Source: the human T2T-CHM13v2.0 reference genome, Homo sapiens | Length of the DNA: 64,000 bases | Strand: one strand, 5' to 3' | Assembly: GCF_009914755.1 (NCBI RefSeq) | Contig: NC_060927.1 | Shown: one piece after another, positions 25,098 through 40,807 of the stretch | How the letters are laid out: each line of letters begins with the position of its first letter | Numbering within the stretch: the stretch's first letter is position 1 | Made by a program: the position numbers and the translations under genes | The notes under the pieces: generated by a model | The model's database searches: none | What the model saw: only the letters and a program-made list of their open reading frames with translations | Told to the model about the DNA's origin: nothing

Positions 25098-27310
25098 AAA
25101 GAAAAAGGAGTGTAGACTTGCCGTCATTGCAGAAGCAGAGCTTATTATATTACTAGATGAATTAAGACAATGTGATATAATTTCAGAGAAAACCAAACTG
25201 CCCAATAGAGTGGGACTAGGGAGACCAGAAATAGGTCCAAACAACATATGAGAGAGCTGGCATTTCACATCACTGGGGAAATGAAGTTCTCTTTAATAAA
25301 CAGTGATAATTTTCCATATGTAAAATCAATTAATATGAATTCATGACTTAAATGTGAAAAGCAAAGTTTTAGAGATTTTGTAAGTATAAGGGAATATCTT
25401 TATGACCTATAGTTCAAAGATTTTTAAAGCATTATGATGTTAACTATAAAAAATCTTAAAATTCTACATTGCTTCTTAATGAGTCATACAAATATATATA
25501 CACTAAAACTTTATTTAACCTATATGGCTGCTTTTTACATTATAAGCCAGATAGTTCATAGATCGCAAAGAGCTAATTTCAAAACATTTTTCATAAGAAA
25601 TAATCTTGCAGGGGAAATAAGCCCAAAACCCAACTAAGAAAGATAGTCCATGGATACTCAATAATCATTTATTAGAGAAAAATGAATTAACTTGAATGAT
25701 ATGAATAATTAGAAAAATAATTAACCTGAACTAGAATTGAGATATTTATTTGTTGCTGTTGTTGTTTTAGTCTTAGCATCAAGTATGTATTTTCTTTAAA
25801 GGCCATTTTTTTAATCCTAAAAAATTTCAACTGTAAATAAAATCCATCTCAACCCAAAAATCATTCTCTCAAACAAACTTGATTTAAGCAAGAATGTAAT
25901 AGGAGAAAAGTGATACCTGCCTTCTTTTTCCATCCTATTCAAAGCATTTTTCTTCCTTATCAAATACTATTACTACAAGATTTGGATAGTCCCCTTTTAT
26001 AAGTCCTAGAAATTTTGCCTGTGCATTTTGCCCTCATGTTGGTTTAAAGCAACTGAATTCCTGCAGTTTATTAAAGCTTTTCTGGGTTGTTCAAACCATA
26101 CTGACCACAATAATTAATACTGGATAATTTTAAATCTAGTCCCTAGACATAAATTCAGGTAGTATACATACACTATGATTCTGCTGTTGTCCTTAGGGTT
26201 ACACTGACTATGCCTTACCATGTAATCAGATGGAATATGTTGAAAATAGAGTAACTGATCTCATTTCAAACCTGTGAGTCATTGGCATTAGTTATCCAAT
26301 GAGTTTTGTAAGCAAAGTCATGTATAGAATGTATACATATGTAGTTTTGTCCTATCTTATTTTTTCTACTTTTTACAGGGTCTTCCTAAAGTAGCAGATA
26401 GTCACAAAAATGCTCAAATAACTAACTTTATAAATGCTAGTTTCCAACCTATTAATTAAAAAAAAAAGAAAAAGAACACTTACCAATGAATGTACTTAAT
26501 TCAAAAATGGTTTCTACCAACATTGTTCTCAACTCTAATGTACCTGGTAAAATAGCCCATGTATGCTTCTTTGAAATTTTGCCATCTCATTACTTACACC
26601 AAAATCAATCTTTAAAAAAACAAAAACAGAGAGACAACGTTGATGTTTGGTCTAGCAGTGTTGCTAAGTATTTTAAAAGCAGCAAAGAGTAAATTGAGAA
26701 CCACACAACTAATAGTCCAAAATACTATTGTTATATGCCCCTCATCTGCAGCTTGCCTAATGATTTTCCAAATATTAAAAACCAAATGGAGTTAGTGAAT
26801 TAATGGTCATTACAACACCCATCAGCACGTCTATAAACCATGTGTACAGCTTTATCATATTTTACACACCAAGCAAGAAAGTCAATTATTTGTGACTTCT
26901 CTTCCCAGTTAGATTGCACCTCCTCAAAGGCAGAATCATTTTCTTTCCATTTCGCTTCCCTTAGAGTGCCTCATGCCTAGTTGGCTCTATGTGTTATTAA
27001 TTAAAAAAAGAAAACTAAAACAGAAACTAAGGTTGAATTGTGGCTTGAAACAATGGATGGAAGTAACGTAAGTGTGGAACTCTCTTTAATCTGACCCCCT
27101 TAAATTATTCTATATGCAAACAGTTTTTAAAGAAGTCTCCTTAAATGCAAATCACTGTCAGGTTCCATATGGTCACCAAATAAAATATTTCTGAGGCATT
27201 GTTTAAAACATCGCAAAGTAACACATTGGAAACAAGTTTTAGTCTCTGTTTCTAAGATGAGTACACAAAAAGATTTTTATCAAATCATTTGAGTTATTGA
27301 CCTCTTACAA

Positions 27311-27515
27311 ATAAGAATAATGCATTGGAATTTGGGGACTCAGGGGAAAGGGTGGGGGTGGCAAAGGATAAAAATTACACATTGGGTACAGTGTACGCTG
27401 CTCGAGTGATGGGTGCACCAAAATATCAGAAATCACCACTAAAGAGCTTACTCATGTCACCAAACACCACCTATTCCACAAAAACCTATTGAAATAAAAT
27501 ATTAAAAATTAAAAA
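27311..27515 (+). mobile_element. L1PB-type 3' end
   Basis: gatgggtgcaccaaaatatcagaaatcaccactaaagagctta..aaaaacctattgaaataaaa. Confidence 0.75.
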
Positions 27516-27811
27516 GAAACAGTCACGGGAATGGTTTTACACTGAACAAGCACTTTCAACAAAGGCTTGGAGCTTTGAGTCCTTTTTGAGTCAAATAGCT
27601 TAGTATTTTAGGCTTTTGTTCTCTCTGGTAAATATGAATACTCTCCCTGAAAAGGATAAGTTGTTTCGTTTCATATCTTGTAGCAGTGTCTTCAGAGTTA
27701 AAACCTGTTACTTCATCTTTCTACTGAGTGATAAGTCACTTGGGCTTTCACCAGTAGCTTTGTGCTTAAGTAAATACCTCTAAATATAATCTAGCACTAC
27801 CATCAGCTTAC

Positions 27812-28079
27812 CTAAAAAAGCACCCCTTCTATACAATTTCTCACATCTTCAAAAGAAACAAAGATACAGTAACTGGAGGGTACAGTGCTCCAAAAGATAG
27901 ACTTTTCCTGCCAGGCTTGATCAAACATCACGAATTCTATAGACTTTTCTGTATCAATAGCTTTGTAAAACAAAAATCCTTCCATAAATGGGATGATAGT
28001 GAAAAGTATGCTGGTTCTGTGATTGCTCGGCATAAAATTCATTAGATTCTAGCCTGCATTCCTTCAGCATCATTTATAG
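27812..28079 (-). ncRNA. Candidate internal exon of a minus-strand non-coding transcript
   Basis: Acceptor ggtttttcttgcag| and donor TAG|GTAAGC; unique sequence; no frame open through the exon. Confidence 0.35.
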
Positions 28080-29763
28080 CTGCAAGAAAAACCAACAGCA
28101 CCTCCAACAGCAAAAACAGGAACAGTGAGCTCTGGAATTCATGTCATGTTTATTTTGATAAAAGAACTATATTCATTTCAATGAAATTTTGACAAGAAGC
28201 GGCAGCAGTGATGAGTTCATTTCCTTGAATTCTCTTTGCCCAAACAGCCTAAGAACTTACCTTTTCACAGAAAGACATTTCTGTGACCACTTTATTAAGT
28301 TTTAGCTAAGAAGCAATGCTTCCCATTTTTCATACATTTGAGAAGTCAGTTTACGTAAAAGCAGCTACCCTGAGGACTCATTTTTATGAATCAACTTTTA
28401 CTGTTGTTGCCAAGAGCTGACATTAGCATGCAGATTTTGAAGTCATTTTAAGTATTGTCTGTTAATTAACATTTACTTTATTAATGTAAAATTTACTAAA
28501 TCATTCTTTGTTAGAGATTCAAAAATTTAATGTATTCAAATGACTATATAAGATGCACAGACATCTCACATTTTAAGTGTTAGTAGCAGCTAATCTTTCA
28601 ACGAAATTGCTTCAGTTCTCTAAAATTTGTTTAGAAAATTTCCCTTTAATGACATCACATTTAGTATTGAACCTGAAAGAGAATGTAAAAAAAGAGAAAG
28701 AAAAATAAAACACAGGCCGTAGAGACAAGAGAAGATATTTTGACCATAAATACACAATTTCTCAACCTGAACAAAGTTCGAGTCATGCAATTTGATATAA
28801 ATTGCCCCCAAGAAGAAAAGCAGTGAACAATAAAAAACTATTTTTAATAAGTGAAAAATCTGTGATAGAAAGTTAGAAATGTCTCAACTACTGACTAGGG
28901 TTTCAATGTCCTTATATATCAATCATTGCAAGAAAATGTTTCCAGTTAGTTTTGACAAGAAATGAGTGAATATGTTCATTTTACTACTATAACATATCCA
29001 CAGTCTAAGAAATTGTGAAGCTATAATTTGGAGTAATTATTTATATTATAACCCTCTCAAGTTTATAAAAGGATTTATACCAGAGTTGTTTTAAATATAG
29101 TAAACCCTGCAATGCATTAAATATTGACTCAAAGATTATTTCCTATTTTGTCATGGATCAGATAGAAAGTTGATAAGAATGATTGATAATTTATCAAAAG
29201 TAAGATCTAGCAACTTGGAAAATAAGAAGTTACGGTTCAATGTTCAATTTCATTTACAGATACTTTTCTCCCAGAGATTTATCTCTGTATAATGTGTCAG
29301 GATACACAGAATACAGAATACAATTAACTACTTAATTATACTCTGTATTTAGTAGTGTAGAGAAATTTAAATGAACTTTTTTTTTTATCTAACAACAAAG
29401 AAATCTATGGGATATCTACTACGGGACAGATACTAAATGGAAAAGACAGACATACACAGGTGAATAAGACATGGATGGTATTGTTGTATTCACAGTTTAG
29501 TGGAAGAAATAGAAAAATGACTAGTAACTAAAGTACAATGTAAAAAGTGTTCTTTATATGGTGTTATGGAAATACAGAATGGAAGAGGAGTTAGGGAAAA
29601 GTTCACAAAGAAAGGGTTTTGAGCTGGGTCTTAAAGGAAGAACAGGAGTTCAGTAAGTAGAAAGAAGAGGAAAGTATCTCCATCAAAGAGAGCAGCAAGT
29701 GTAAACACATAGGATGTTCAAAAGCATGACATATGTAAAGAACAGTGAGGACTTAGGATATGA

Positions 29764-30552
<789 letters not shown>

Positions 30553-30924
30553 GGGGGTTGAATGGGCTTTCCTGCTATGCTAAAGGATTTGTCCTTCATC
30601 ATTTAAAAAACAAGAAGCCAGGAAACGTTGGGAACAGAAAAAAACATATAGTATTTAGAAATAAAAAACACAGTCATTTACATTAAGAACTCAGTCAATA
30701 GGTTAAAAAAATAAGCGTTAAACCCAGCTGAAGACATAATTACTTGCAAGATAGGTATGAAAAAATTGCCTAATATGCAGACTGGAGATGTAAAGAGATA
30801 GAAAAATAACAAAAGGAGTTAAGAGACAAGGAGAACAAAATATGAAAATCCAATATACATCTAGACGGAATTGCAAAAAAAGAATAGAAAGAAATATGGA
30901 GATGCAAACACCTGAAAAGTAATG

Positions 30925-31217
30925 TCTGGAAGAAGTGAGCTGCCATGTTGTGAGATGGCCTGTGGCAAAGAGCAATGGGATACCTCCAAGGGCTGAGAGT
31001 GGTCCCCGTGGACAGTCAGCAAGGAAGCAGGGTCCTCAAGGCCTGCAGCTGCAGGGCTCTGAATGCTGGCAACTGTGTGAATGTAGAAGAGAATCCCAAG
31101 TTCCAGAAGGTATATAGCCTGGTCAACAACTGGTGGGTAGCCTTGTGAAACCCTGAGCTGAAGGCCCAGTTAAGATGTGTCTGAACCCTGACCCATGGAA
31201 TGTATGAGATAATAAAT
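30925..31217 (+). mobile_element. MaLR LTR fragment (MLT1E-like)
   Basis: gtgagctgccatgttgtgaga, gccttgtgaaaccctgagc, atgagataataaat. Confidence 0.6.
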
Positions 31218-31254
31218 CAAAGGACTTACATCCATGAAAGGGAGAGCAAACTTT

Positions 31255-32110
31255 TCAGCAGTGGAAATAAGAGTGGTGCAATACCTGTGGAGATCTCCAA
31301 GCATAGATGGATGATGACGAGTGGAGATGTTGGAGAGAAGTGAAGCTTTCCATGTGAAGAACAGGACAAGACCATACCTCTAGGAACACCTTGATGTGTC
31401 TCACCAAAGTCTACGCATCTGTTTGAAAGCTTTGCCATGAAAGGCAGGCCAAACTCACATAGGGTCAGCATAGCCTTCTTGGTCACATCTTGGAAAAAAA
31501 ATGCCCGTGTTCAACAGGTTATGCCAAAAATCCTGGAATATGCTGAGTTGTTTATATTCTTTCTACCCTGAAAATATTCTACCCCCTCTGACAGACTTGT
31601 CAATGACTATCAAAATGAACGATTATGTATCGAACATCTACTAGAAGCTATGTTACATGATAGTTTTCTTTCATATTAAAAGTATGATGACTAAAGCCAC
31701 ATGTATTCATGGGCATTCACCCCAGGATGTGCTGCATGTATCATGATCAAGATGCCATAATACTCTTCTAGAAAAACAATGCAGTTTACCCATGAAAATC
31801 AGCTTGACTAGGTAGCTAAATTATGTGCATGGTTTGTAAATTGGCTCCACACGATGCTCACTTGAAGCCAATCTGGGATCCTGTCCTAATAACTATAAAA
31901 GTGGGCCAGGGAGAGCTTCCAATATCAGAAATTGGAGAAGTGTCAATCCACATCTGGGATCTTCAGTAGCAGAGGGTGTAGGATATTATTATTCAATATT
32001 ACTCATTTAGATTTGCTGGCAAACACGACACAAGCAGATGCTGCATACATAGCGATCTAGTTAAGGACATGGGCTATTTTTCTAAAAGGAAGAGCAATTA
32101 TTGTCAATTT
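31255..32110 (+). pseudogene. Highly degraded, internally deleted WDR26-like (LisH-CTLH-WD40) processed pseudogene
   Basis: Collinear peptide pieces across frames: EIRVVQYL, KILEYAE, RMCCMYHD, TLLEKQCS, AWF/CKL, IHIWDLQ*QRV, CIHS versus WDR26 VIRLIGQHL, KYLEYLE, RDRCLYHN, SLLIDHVCS, VWFCKF, VHLWDLQDRV, TIHS. Confidence 0.5.
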
Positions 32111-32422
32111 CAGTTGTAATTCCTTGACTAGTAGAAGACATTTTAAAAATACATTGCATAATCATAAGATATATATGATTATTTATAAAATCATATAAGA
32201 CATAATCACGCAATAACAATCGCCCATGTACTACCTCCCCAGCTAAAGAAGAAGCTGACATTTTTTTCTCCTCTGATATATATAACTGTGACAGTTTGAA
32301 AAGTGCCTTCAGGGAAGGTTATAAGAGTCTCCAAATACAAATCCGTGTCACTTAAAACTGGACAACACCTTGTGGAAACTACAGAACAAAATGTGTCTGC
32401 ACTGACTTGGACCCCATTCCTC

Positions 32423-32748
32423 TTTTTTATTTTTATATTTTATTTATTTTATTTTATTTTTTATTGAGACAGTGTCTCGCTCTGTCACCAGGCTGGAATG
32501 GAGTGGCGCGATCTCGACTCACTGCAACTTCTGCTGCTCAGGCTCAAGCAATTCTTGTGCCTCAGCCTCCTGAGTAGCCGAGACTACAGGTATGTGCCAC
32601 CATGCCCAGCTAAATTTTTTGTATTTTTAGTAGAGATGGGGTTTCGCCATATTGGCCAGGCTGGTCTCAAACTCCTGAGCTCAAGTGATCTGCCCACTTC
32701 GGCCTCCCAAAGTGCTGTGATTACATGTGTGAGCCACCACGCCTGGCC
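32423..32748 (-). mobile_element. Alu (older S/J type)
   Basis: Dimer; (ttttа)n-like tail; TSD cccattcct. Confidence 0.9.
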
Positions 32749-33109
32749 CCATTCCTTTTATCTATGACAATCACCTACTTGCTCTAGTCCCCAGTTCAGC
32801 TCATCTTTTAAATACCAAACTTCTGGCTACTCAGTGGAATAGCCCTCTTTGCCCTTGTGCCAATGTGGGTTACAGGTGCCTCTACTTATGCCAACCCAGC
32901 CTCCTCGTCTGTCTCATGGCAGATCCCACAGACCCACTGTCCAGCCCCTTGGTGTGGTTTCTCCCCATTCCATTTTCCATCTCATTTGCTAGGATCAGCA
33001 GTGCCAGGTTGCAGCAGTAACATCAAGAGTAATGGTGAAACACTGGAAAATTCCAGAAGAAATAAATCTTGGCTCCCAAGTATTTAACATAGAGTGTCTC
33101 TGATGGGTA

Positions 33110-33460
33110 TGTATTAGTTTCCTATAGCTGCTATAACAAATTACCTCCAACTTGGTGAACTAAAATAACAGAAATTTATTCTATCACAGTTCTGAAACCC
33201 AGAAGTACTAAATCAAAATGTCTACAGAGCCATGCTGCCTTTGAAGACTCCAAGGAAGGATCTATTTCTTGCTTCTCCTAGTTTCTGGTGGATCCAGGCA
33301 TTCCTTGACTTGTGGCCACATCACTCCTTGGTTATATTGTCTCCTCTTCTTCTCTTACAAAACTCCCTATGCCTCTCAGTTATAAGAATACATGTGATTG
33401 CATTTAGAGCCCACCCAGATCTCCTGGATAAGATCTTCCTCTTCAGATTCTTAACCATGT
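33110..33460 (-). mobile_element. MaLR LTR (MLT1-type)
   Basis: tgtattagtttcctatagctgctataacaaattacc..gattgcatttagagcccaccc. Confidence 0.7.
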
Positions 33461-34294
33461 CATTGATGAACACCCACAAGACTCTAGCCAGAGCTTGAAG
33501 ACACATATAAACTTAGAGAAAGCTACTAGATCTCCCTCCTGGAACCTCCCAAAAAGCTCTCCACAATCTGCTACTGGAAGATTATAACTCCAGCAAGCTG
33601 GTCCCAGAAGTAGTGCAATATCTTATAACATTCGATAGATCTGTTTTTCCAAGAGAATCTCATTTTACAAATACCTTTTCTGTCTGGCTTGGCATTTAAT
33701 AAGATAAAGATCAATCTTGGGCTTCTGCACTCAGAAAAAGAAGTCCATTTTAGCAGTGATACTATAATAATAATTATTATTATTATTATCATCGTTACTA
33801 AGATACTCATCTATTGATTCATTGTAGATACTTACTTTTTTAATGTTGATGTTAGAAAAAGCATTTAACCTCTGGATTCCAGTTTCTGCAGCTACTAAAA
33901 CCATGGAACCATATGCTACATTACAGGAAATAGGTGATAAACTACTTCATGAAAAAAACAAATGGTTGAAAATTATCCACAATTAATAAAACAAACTGAG
34001 TCTTGTATTAAAGAACATATATAAAGCATAATATTTTGAGATCACACGAAAACTAAGAAAACATCCTAAAAGCGCCCAAAGAAAAAAGACAAGTCTTCAA
34101 GCAACAAAAACAGACTGTTAGAATGCGGCTCATTAACAATGGTAGAGGAAACAATGAATCTCAAGTGCTAAATTAAAATATTCAACCTCAAATTCAAGCT
34201 TAGCTAAATCGCCATTCAGAAGCAAAGCAAAAGAAAAACATTTTTAGTTTTCTAAAAATTACCACTGCAAATGCTTATTAAAGAAATGATTAGA

Positions 34295-34628
<334 letters not shown>

Positions 34629-34866
34629 TTACACTAATGAAGGAGGAGGATGCAAGAAACAATGGTAAGCAGAGAAATCAGGAAGCACAAGTAAATGTCA
34701 TCAAGTATTCTCTAAAGCAGAGATCATAATCACTAACCTAAGGATAAAAAGCAGGAACAAATAAAATATTAAAAAGTGACAACTAATGTATAGCTATGTG
34801 CTAGAAATTCTTTCAAGTGCTTTAGGGAGAGTGAGAGAGAGACAGAAAAATGTAGTTTCATGGTTT

Positions 34867-35120
34867 TGAAGAGATGCAGGACATGCTACCCCAAAATATT
34901 TTAATTTGAGAAAACTGCAGAAGCAGAAAGGTCTCTTTGACTCTCCTCTACCCTTGCTCTCTGAAGCAAGTCATGAAATCTAGGAAGAATTTTCTGACCC
35001 TCCACTGAAGCAAGTTATAAGACCTTCAAGTGAGAGGGGCCCTCTCTATACCTAAAGGAAAGGGACATTCTTATTGCTGAAGGCAAAGTATTACAGAGAA
35101 GAATCTGAACAATTAGGCCT
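34867..35120 (+). mobile_element. MER34-family LTR 5' part, truncated at the palindrome
   Basis: tgaagagatgcaggacatgctaccccaaaata..agagaagaatctgaacaattaggcct. Confidence 0.6.
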
Positions 35121-35134
35121 CGTATTATACATAT

Positions 35135-35166
<32 letters not shown>

Positions 35167-35637
35167 ACTGTATATAAAGCCTAATATATATAAACTCTAA
35201 GTAGCTATATAGTTTATATATAAACTAAAGCTATATAGTTTATATATAGATATAAACTAAAGCTATATAGTTTATATATAGATATAAACTATATAGCTGG
35301 TCTCGAACTATAGTTTATATATATATATATAAACTCTATAGAGTTTATATATTAGGCTTTATATACAGTATGTGTATATGTATTATATATGTATATATAT
35401 AATATGAGGCCTAATTGTTCAGATTCTATATAGTTTATATATATAATATACTCTCTCTATATGTATTATATATAATATACTCTATATGTATTATATATAA
35501 TATATAATAAACCCTATACAGTTTATATATAATATATAATATATATAATATATGATATATGTATTTGTGTATATATAATATATATACACAAACTATATAT
35601 ATAGATATAGTTTATATAGATAGACTATATATATAGT
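35100..35637. repeat. AT-rich quasi-palindrome (35100-35427) and adjoining (TA)n-rich low-complexity tract
   Basis: 35100-35121 is the exact reverse complement of 35406-35427; inner arms 35168-35199 and 35339-35368 also pair. Confidence 0.9.
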
Positions 35638-36872
35638 TACTACTAATATCCTCACTTATAGATGGTGAAACCAGGCCAAAAATGACTAAATAACTTGTTT
35701 AAGAAATAACAGCTGGCAAGTAGTAGACCCAGGATTTGAACATATACTCCTGACCAGTACCCTGTCCTGCTACTATGAGTTAGCAATGTAGAAGAAACAT
35801 CTAAGAAAATTAACCCAAAAATGTAGGCAATAATGATATGTAATATCAAGAAAAGTTACTGGAGTTAAAGTTTTTTTAACCTCCTGTATCACTTTGGGAG
35901 AGATTAGAGATCCTGATTAAAGTTGAGCTTTACTTAGATAAACAGGCAAAACAAACAAGATCTTTTCCATGTTGCTGACAGAAAGTGGTGTGGTATTGTT
36001 GAGAAAATTTGAAAATATGCATACCCTATGACCCAATACTTCTGACCCTAGACATGCGTGAGAAACTTCTGCAAACGTGAAACAGGAGATGTATGTTCTA
36101 GGAAATAAGGTATATAATAGAATAAAACTGTAAAAATTAAAAATGTCTACTGAAAGGAGAATGGAGTCAAAGTTTTGGTATATCCAAATAATGCAATATT
36201 ATACAGCCATGAAAATAAATAAACTATAGCTACCCATAATAATCTAGATAAAATGCAATTCGTTAATATTAAGTGAGTAAGAAGCTTTATGAGACTGATA
36301 TCATTTTGTTGAATTTAAAAACAATTAAAATTAAATAATTTCTTATTTAGGCTAATAGATTTAGGGTAAAACTACCGAAGAAAATCAAAAGAAACACAAA
36401 ATTAAGATAAGAAAATGTAATTTAAAAAAGGAGCACACAAGTCGATGAAAGCTGTCAATTTTTTTGTTTTTAGTTGTCTGGTGGATTCATCTGCATTACG
36501 GAACAAATCAACTGTACCATGCAAGTATAAATGATAACTGTGTCTGTCACTAATCAAGAACTATGATTTCCTGAAATTATAGTGAAGGAAAAATATATTT
36601 TTCTCATCCATCCTATGTTCCTAGCAGAGGCTCCTATAACAAGACGGATTAACAAGAGAAGAGCACACAAATTTATTTAATAAAAGTTTTACATAGTATG
36701 GGAGCCTTCATAAGGAAATAAAGGCCTGAAGAAACAGTTGAACCTAAGTGTTTTGTAAAGTAGGTTTAATTAGTCATGGAAAAATAGGATAGATCAAAAA
36801 GGGTATGTGCTAATGGTACTAAATAGCGAGACACTTAGGGAGGTCACAAATGAAATAATACTGCAGCTGGGT

Positions 36873-37182
36873 ATTATTATTTATTTTTAAATTTATTATT
36901 ATTATTATTATTTTTGAGACGGAGTCTCACTCTGTCACCCAGGCTGGAGTGCAGTGGCACAATCTCGGTTTACTGAAACCTCCGCCTCCTGGGTTCAAGC
37001 AATTCTCCCGCCTCAGCTTCCCAGGTAGCTGGAATTACAAGCATGCCCCATTTTGTATTTTTAGTAGAGACGGGGCTTCACCATATTGGCCAAGCTGGTC
37101 TCGAACTCCCGATCTCAAGTGATCCGCCCACCTTGGCATTCCAAAGTGCTAGGATTACAGGCGTGAGCCACTGCGCCCGGCT
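36873..37182 (-). mobile_element. AluSx-like with small internal deletion
   Basis: (tta)n tail; TSD agctgggtatt. Confidence 0.9.
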
Positions 37183-37484
37183 AGGAGCTGGGTATTCAAT
37201 AACAAATTTCCTCTTTATTCCTGCAAGTCACTCTAGTAAGCACTGGTGGAAGAAAAATGAGTTTCCTGGATTCAGTTTCCAATTCTGCTATCAAATCATT
37301 CTGTGAGCACATGGAAATAAAGGGATAATTATACTTCACAGCTGTGTAGTGTCTTTCAGGCATGTACATTAACTCATAATTCTCATAATATACCTGTCAA
37401 ATTACAGTGTAGTCATAGATCTTACCACTATTACTAAGTACCTAAAATATAATCAATAAAACTTAGCCAGTATTATTATATTGA

Positions 37485-37851
<367 letters not shown>

Positions 37852-39516
37852 ACATTGGTTCTCAAATATTATTTAGCTTAAGTATTACCCAAAGGTCTTG
37901 TTAAAATGCAGAATCCCAGGACTCATCACTGGTTATTCTGATTCCTCTCTTCTGGGATTAGGTAGAGAAATTTACAATTGTAAAAACCTACCCAAACAAT
38001 TCAAACGCAAATGGTCTTCAGTCAATACCATTAAAAATTACTATTTAAGCGGACCAAAGGATATGCCAAACAATAAACCAAAGAATTTTATGTAACCTCA
38101 TATAAGTGCTAATCTAAGGCGTGCAAACCAAGTTCTAGGCATCTCCCACCCATAACATTATGACCTGCTATTGACCTAAGAAAATATGGATGAACTTACC
38201 ATAGGATCTAGCTCCAAATTTTCAAACTTAACCCTGAAGCTCACAAAGAGGCTCTGTTCTCCTTGGGGCGAGTTCTGAGGGATCCATGCTAGGACTCTAA
38301 TTCATTCAACACTGATGACTCAACCCCTTTTCCAAAGAATTTCAAATACTAATACAGAAGATAAACTTGTAAGCAAGCATTCAAATCAATCATGAAAAAT
38401 GTTATAATAGCAGTAAAGTCGAAGATTAATTGGGACATGTCTAATTTCATATTTTGATAAATAAGAAGATTTCACAGAGAAGGCAAACCTTGAACAAGAT
38501 TCATAAGTAAATGGGAACTTTAATCTTCTAAACTAGAAGAAAAAGAAAGGTGAAATAAGGGCAAGTGGGCTACAGGACACCCAATGCAAAGACCTCAGTA
38601 CAGCAAAGACCCACAAGTGAGAAACTAGTGCGTGCTGGGCCCACTTAGAAAACTCAACACTTAACTTAGACCGCTAAGAACATGCCATGTTATGGAAAGA
38701 ACTGGGCACACCTCTGGAGAGGTACCACTCCCCTAGTACTTAGCAGAATTGGGCATAACTTTCCAGTTTGTTCAAAAATATATATAAACTAAAATCAAAA
38801 TTCATTTCCATCGTTTTCATTATCATCTCATAAAAGAGTTACCTGTTACTTGTGCTAACCTGTTTTCTCTCTTTTTACTTTGGTTGTATTATTTTTTTAA
38901 TGGTTTGGGGGAATAGTCCCACCTTATTACCACATGGTTAATTTGATATAACTTTTGATACTGCCAAAATACAGGAGAGGGTAAGGCGAACCTCCACACG
39001 CACTATCAAATTAATTCTGCCCATTTTTTCCTAATGTAGAAGACCCACATCCCCCGCCGACCTCTTTATCTTTAAAGTGATTACAGAGTCTAACGCCGCT
39101 CAGAGAAAGCTTCTCGTGGAGGCTTCGTCCACGTGCTGTCCTCTATTTGCGTTCTCCCACTCCTCCTCTGGGGACCCACCTGAGGAAGACAGGGGCAGTC
39201 TGTCTTGGGCCTTGCACATAGAAAAAGACACCACAAATGCATACTGTAGTATGATTCTGAGCTTTACTCCTTTTTTCTTGAAAGTTGTTTTAGAAGGAGA
39301 GAGAAATGTGCAAAAATAAGCTGATTTAGAATTTGGCTCTGAGTTTTTGTTCTAACTTCATTGGTTTTGTTTCATGTAAAGAGAATGTGGAACAGAGTGG
39401 AGGGCCTGACCTTCCTGGCTGTGTCTGGGAGCACATGGCCAATTTTTGAAGCTGCTTGGAAGAGAAGGTCATAAGCGGCGGGAAGTACTAAGGTACTAGA
39501 AGGTGAGAAAGCTTGA

Positions 39517-39859
<343 letters not shown>

Positions 39860-40374
39860 AGCAGTTTCATTCTCAGGGTCAAAGACCTGAAGAAAGGCAA
39901 GCAAGATCTACCAACCTACAGAGAACCTATGAATCCTGACTCAGTATTAAATGAGTGACCTTGCATTTCTGTTTGCAATGGGACAGTTACTGTACTTTCT
40001 ATTGTTCCTGGATAATTCTTTTTTTAAAATTAAAATAGAGTTTATTAGCTTTTCTTTTAATATAAACATGAGAAATAAAAACCACATAAATTGTAGGATT
40101 CTTTTCAAAATAAAACTGTAACCAATACTTGAATCTCCAAGCTCTGAACTCCATAAATAATGTGATTTTTTTGTTTTTGAGGTGGTAGGTTGTAATATTT
40201 TTATACCTTTATTTATCGTTCATGTCTCTGTCCTTTAAGCATGATGGAAACTGCAGCACAATATGATGTGAAGCATTGCTATCCTGGCCCAGAAATGCTT
40301 TGTTTATAAGCACATTCCTAGGATTATATTTGAGACAGTAGGAGAAATAGATTTCACATAGTTGAGAGCACTAA

Positions 40375-40807
<433 letters not shown>

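Noticed and set aside
27812-28042. 76-aa ORF as a microprotein
   Set aside because: No recognisable homology; its stop lies at the putative donor; kept only as a candidate non-coding exon
31255-32110. TTLL-family or NMD3 identity for the degraded coding-like segment
   Set aside because: Only isolated motif resemblance; the WDR26 reading gives more collinear matches
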